DNA of 58,286 nucleotides from Corallococcus sp. AB011P (GTDB lineage Bacteria; Myxococcota; Myxococcia; Myxococcales; Myxococcaceae): NCBI RefSeq assembly GCF_003611605.1, contig NZ_RAVX01000011.1, positions 196,811 to 255,096 of the forward strand, read 5' to 3'. Shown piece by piece: positions 54,809 to 58,286 of this stretch (position 1 is its first letter; each line of letters starts with the position of its first letter). The notes under the pieces were generated by a model. It saw only the letters and a program-made list of their open reading frames with translations, ran no database searches and was not told where the DNA came from. The position numbers and the translations under genes were made by a program.

Positions 54809-54836
54809 GCCAGCGATTCAGAGAGCGAGGGAGCCC

Positions 54837-56690
54837 ATGTCTGACATCCCCAACATCATTGTCTTGGTGAGCGGAACGGTAGACCCGGTCAATAGCGACC
54901 TGAAAGCCCGCTCCGCGAGTTATCAACGCAGCAGGAACATGCTCGACCCAGATTGGTACTGGCAAGAAAACATCGGCTTGCGCAAGACCATCGAGGACCT
55001 GCGCCGACGGTACACCAACGTCCATCTCTTCACGGCCCATGGATGGACTGGAGACAATGGCGCCACCAATCGCGAGATCGCCGGGACCTACCTCGCCAAC
55101 CGCCTCTGTGGCTCCGGGGGACAAAGCGCCTACTACAAGGGCTTCCTTGGCCGCGAAGTGGCATTCCATCTCATTGGCCACTCCCATGGCGGGAATGTCA
55201 TCAACGAGCTCACGGAACAAGCCGCCAAGACGTGGCCGCGCCAATGGAAGATCCGCAGCATCACCTATCTCTCGACACCGTTCTTCACCAAGCAACACCA
55301 GGTCAACACCAAGCCGCTTCACGCAGACTGCAAGATCATCAACGTCTACAACAAGTACGACCTGACACAGCGGGTCATCGCCGATTTCTCGCTCCTGCCT
55401 TTTCATGACGCCTTTCAACGGGCGGAGTTCGACGACTTCACCACTCAACTCTCGAAGGTAAAGCTCAACACCAGCGTCCTTGAGAGCGGCATCAAGTCCA
55501 CCAGGCCCAGGGATACAGACAAGTCCCTTGGAATCAACCTGAAGCTCTTGATGGACCCCACCAAGGGGAAGGCGCTCTACGACAACTGCATCAGCACGAT
55601 AAAAAACGTCCAAGGCACCATCGCCAAGGCTCGCGAAGTCATCTGCGCGCTCAACAACGTCATCACCTTCAATGAGCCCGCCGAACTCGCAGGCAAACTC
55701 ATCAAGAAGCGGCAGATCATCAACAACGATCTCGCCAACCGCTTCCAGGCTGAACTGCTCGCGATCGAAACAAGCCTGTCCCCGACGCTCAAGGCCTTCG
55801 AAGCACGCAGAAGCAGCGGGCAATACCCCCTCATGGGATTCTTTGACGACCTGCACGCCGCCAGGTTCCTGAGGGCCCTCTCCCGGTTCCTTCAAGTCAA
55901 TCCCAAGACCCTGAGCGGCCCGCTTTGCGATCTGATCGCCGCCACCTTCGAGAACCAGCTTCAAAGCTTCGACAACACCAGCGCATCCCCGGTCTCGCAG
56001 TACGCCAAGACGCCCTTCGCGAATCGCATCGTCGACATCGACGTCACCAAGGAAGACACCTACGCGCAGTTCCACCTCGACACGGCCTATGACAAGTTCG
56101 TGGGCCGCCTGGAGAAATGCGAGGTCAGGTACGCTAGGTCCTCGGGTCGAACCGACCTGATGGATCTCATCTTCACACTCCTGGCCAACCATGCCCCCGT
56201 CAGCGCGATGATCTCCGAATGGGGAAAAACCGTAGTCACCTTCCGGCGCATCCTGGACGCGATTGTGCTCTTGCTGAAGGCAAACAAGATTCTTCCACCG
56301 AATCTGATTGCGCTTCCAACCGATCCCGTAAAACTCTTCCGCGAGGCCAGTGGAATGATCAGCATTCCAGCGGTCGCGGCGCTCGCGGAGTTGTGCGCGG
56401 TATTCGAAGCCTATGTTGGCATTCTCAAGGAACGAGGCGTTGGGCAGCTGGAGGTCACCCCCCTTTCCTCTCCGATCCTGCAGACGACTCAAGGGCAGGC
56501 CAGCTTGCGTTTCCCGTATCAGACTGCTGCACCGTCCCCACTTGCGCTTGCCAGGCAGGACTTCGCGCCTCCCGTTTCCTATGGAGGCTTGTCCTATTTC
56601 ATGCGGGTCTCACACTCAGTCAGCAGGCAGGAGTTGTATCCCAAGGTCCGCACCACCCTTGAGGAGCAGCTCACCAGCACGAAACGCTGA
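54837..56690 (+). CDS. Alpha/beta-hydrolase lipase-like protein (617 aa) with a GxSxG nucleophile elbow; candidate T6SS Tle-type phospholipase effector.
   Basis: Within ORF 54711..56690 the start is at 54837 (MSDIPNIIVLVSG...), preceded by GAGGGAG. The motif is AFHLIGHSHGGNV. Local GC is about 55-58% against about 70% in the flanks, and there are more A/T-ending codons. No signal peptide. Confidence 0.6.
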   Translation: MSDIPNIIVLVSGTVDPVNSDLKARSASYQRSRNMLDPDWYWQENIGLRKTIEDLRRRYTNVHLFTAHGWTGDNGATNREIAGTYLANRLCGSGGQSAYYKGFLGREVAFHLIGHSHGGNVINELTEQAAKTWPRQWKIRSITYLSTPFFTKQHQVNTKPLHADCKIINVYNKYDLTQRVIADFSLLPFHDAFQRAEFDDFTTQLSKVKLNTSVLESGIKSTRPRDTDKSLGINLKLLMDPTKGKALYDNCISTIKNVQGTIAKAREVICALNNVITFNEPAELAGKLIKKRQIINNDLANRFQAELLAIETSLSPTLKAFEARRSSGQYPLMGFFDDLHAARFLRALSRFLQVNPKTLSGPLCDLIAATFENQLQSFDNTSASPVSQYAKTPFANRIVDIDVTKEDTYAQFHLDTAYDKFVGRLEKCEVRYARSSGRTDLMDLIFTLLANHAPVSAMISEWGKTVVTFRRILDAIVLLLKANKILPPNLIALPTDPVKLFREASGMISIPAVAALAELCAVFEAYVGILKERGVGQLEVTPLSSPILQTTQGQASLRFPYQTAAPSPLALARQDFAPPVSYGGLSYFMRVSHSVSRQELYPKVRTTLEEQLTSTKR

Positions 56691-56699
56691 GAAATCCCT

Positions 56700-57473
56700 T
56701 CAGGGCTTCTCGGGGGCGCAGCGACCAACGGAGCCAGGCCCACAGCGTGTGCCATCCACCCAGAGGGCATGCTCCAGCTGGGCTCCTTTCAGGTCCGCAT
56801 CCAGAAGGTTCGCGCCGCGAAGGTCGGCTCCCTCTAGCGAAGCATCGCGCAAGATGGCGCCCTGAAGCTGGGCGCCTTGCAGATTGCAGTAGGCCAGGAC
56901 AGCGTCCTTCAAATCCGCTGAGCGCAAGTCCACCCGCGGCAGGCTCGCCCCGCCGCTGGGGACAGAATAGAAATGAGAACGCTCGGTGCGCTGATACGGA
57001 CCTGCTGGGCCAAAGAACCTGCTGCCGGCAAGCCGGGCATTCCGCAGATTCGCGCCCGAGAAATCCGCACTCTCCAGGGAGCGTGCGCCTTGAAGGTCCG
57101 CCCCTTCCAGATTGGCGTCCTGGAATTGGGTGCCCGTCAGGTAGGCACCCTCGAACAGGGCTCCTTGCAGCTCGGAGTGCCGCAGGTCGCTTGCGGCCAG
57201 GGAGGCCCCACGCAGATCCGCGCCACGCAGATTCGCCCGGGCCAGCTGTGCTTCTCGCAGGGAGGCATCCCGGAGCTGCGCCCCTGGCAACACGGCTCCC
57301 TCCAGACGCGCCCCCACCAGCTGACAGCCGTTACACGCCTTGGTTTCCATGAACCCACGAACAAGCTTGTCCTGGGCGCTTTCGCAGCTTGTCAGCAGGC
57401 CCACCGACAACGTCGCGGGAATCACGAGGCGAACAAAGGGGGACCGCCAGCGAGGAGGAGAAGCCGACGTCAT
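56700..57473 (-). CDS. Pentapeptide-repeat lipoprotein (257 aa).
   Basis: Within ORF 56700..57608 the start is at 57473 (MTSASPPRWRSPFVRLVIPATLSVGLLTSC, lipobox L-T-S-C). Tandem A(D/N)LxxAxLxGAxL pentapeptide repeats follow (ANLRGADLRGASLAASDLRHSELQGALFEGAYLTGTQFQDANLEGADLQGA). Confidence 0.65.
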   Translation of the reverse strand: MTSASPPRWRSPFVRLVIPATLSVGLLTSCESAQDKLVRGFMETKACNGCQLVGARLEGAVLPGAQLRDASLREAQLARANLRGADLRGASLAASDLRHSELQGALFEGAYLTGTQFQDANLEGADLQGARSLESADFSGANLRNARLAGSRFFGPAGPYQRTERSHFYSVPSGGASLPRVDLRSADLKDAVLAYCNLQGAQLQGAILRDASLEGADLRGANLLDADLKGAQLEHALWVDGTRCGPGSVGRCAPEKP

Positions 57474-57664
57474 GACAAGACCCCTGGTGCCAGCGGTTGG
57501 GCTCATACGTCTCGTGAGCGGACGAGGCCCCGGCCTCGCGGGGCAGCAAAGTACGCGGATACCACGGTGAACGCGGGATTGAACAGGAGGCGATGCGCCT
57601 CCAAGCACCTACAGCCCGTTCCACCGCGGTGGATGGACCGGTAATAGCCGGGTAGACCCGCCCA

Positions 57665-58162
57665 ATGATGAATGTCCGCAGCAGCGCGTGGCTGGGACTC
57701 CTCCTGTTGGCGGCATCTTGCAAGCCGCCGAAGCCGGTGGAACCTCCTGCGGCGGGTCCCCAGGAGTCCACAGGTCTCGCGAAGCCCGTCTCACTGGAGA
57801 TCAACGGCTACAACTACACCGACCTCGCCATCGACAGCTTCGAGGTGAACGGCCAGGGCGGTGGTGACCTCTCGGTCAGTTCGACGACCAGCGGTGGAGG
57901 CAAGGGCACCTGTTGTCTGGGGCTCTCGCCTGGCACGAAGTTCCCCGTGGAGCTGACCATCCAGTGGACACGGGACCGGAAGCGTTGGTGTGAAAAGACC
58001 GTCCAACTCGAGGCCCCTGTCACCGCCAACCCGCGTCACATCGGAGTGCACTTCTTCCCGGATGGACGCATCAAAGCTGAGCTCACCGAAGGCTACCCAG
58101 ACTTGAAGTTGAAGCTCGACCGGGTGAAGAATGCCTTCATCATTCTCTCGGGTGGCCCCTGA
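57665..58162 (+). CDS. Small lipoprotein (165 aa) of unknown function; a candidate immunity protein.
   Basis: Signal peptide with lipobox (MMNVRSSAWLGLLLLAASC). It lies immediately upstream of the IS3 fragment. Confidence 0.55.
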   Translation: MMNVRSSAWLGLLLLAASCKPPKPVEPPAAGPQESTGLAKPVSLEINGYNYTDLAIDSFEVNGQGGGDLSVSSTTSGGGKGTCCLGLSPGTKFPVELTIQWTRDRKRWCEKTVQLEAPVTANPRHIGVHFFPDGRIKAELTEGYPDLKLKLDRVKNAFIILSGGP

Positions 58163-58190
58163 GCGTCACCCGCTTCGGTGGACAGGTTGA

Positions 58191-58286
58191 CTACGCTGCC
58201 TGCCTCGAAACCTCAGCCAGTCGCTCGTACTCGGCTGGACTCGCATAGCCAAGTGAGGAGTGACGGCGCCTGCGGTTGTAGAACAC
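58191..58286 (-). mobile_element. C-terminal end of an IS3-family transposase (integrase catalytic region); the rest of the IS lies beyond the window end.
   Basis: The reverse complement of 58191..58286 reads VFYNRRRRHSSLGYASPAEYERLAEVSRQAA*. This is the conserved IS3 OrfB C-terminal motif (fYN..R.HsaLgY.sP.eyE). Confidence 0.7.

Noticed and set aside
1-58286. A search for CRISPR arrays, tRNA or rRNA genes.
   Set aside because: There are no regularly spaced direct repeats and no cloverleaf-compatible segments. The only short repeats are the palindromes in the 10.2-10.6 kb spacer.

Overview
The window is 58.3 kb of high-GC DNA (about 68-70% GC, codon third positions mostly G/C). A MYXO-CTERM sorting tag on one protein points to a Myxococcota genome. 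It holds two different contractile-machine loci side by side, plus accessory genes.

(1) Positions 1..25976 form one tightly packed minus-strand operon. The packing is so tight that many genes overlap at their stop/start codons (ATGA or TGATG). It encodes a phage-tail-like contractile particle, of the eCIS/tailocin type with a P2 or R-pyocin-like gene order. In order, the genes are: an unknown 652-aa protein; a tail sheath; two gp19-like tube proteins; two unknown proteins (291 and 70 aa); a tube-initiator-like protein; a P2 gpX-like LysM-type protein; a P2 gpD-like hub; a gp25-like wedge protein; two Baseplate_J-like proteins (1255 and 833 aa); a 487-bp palindrome-rich spacer; a P2 gpI-like protein with Kelch-like repeats (1263 aa); and a giant beta-helix protein of at least 2126 aa that runs off the window start. 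The ORF track does not list this last gene because its frame has no stop codon inside the window. No tape measure, AAA+ ATPase, PAAR tip or lysis genes are visible in the window.

(2) Positions 26249..32432 carry plus-strand genes: a DUF1622 membrane protein, an orphan multi-PAS histidine kinase, and a translationally coupled trio (secreted protein, degenerate adenylate-forming enzyme homologue, DUF4280 PAAR-like protein).

(3) Positions 32434..48928 hold a core type VI secretion system (T6SS) in a non-canonical order: tssF, a short vgrG-like gene, tssE, tssG, a TssA-like gene, a possible hcp, tssC and tssB on the minus strand, then a divergent promoter, then tssK, an unknown gene, tssL, an unknown gene, tssM and tssJ on the plus strand. 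No clpV is present in the window.

(4) Positions 48938..58286 carry a 1956-aa lipoprotein with about 17 Ig-like (ASH or choice-of-anchor-D type) repeats and a MYXO-CTERM tag. It sits directly after tssJ. It is followed by a lower-GC lipase-like alpha/beta hydrolase (GHSHGG motif), which is a candidate T6SS Tle-type effector. Two small lipoproteins follow, and the C-terminal end of an IS3-family transposase lies at the window edge.

Almost all long ORFs on the strand opposite these genes are Arg/His/Gln/Ala-rich antisense shadows and are rejected.
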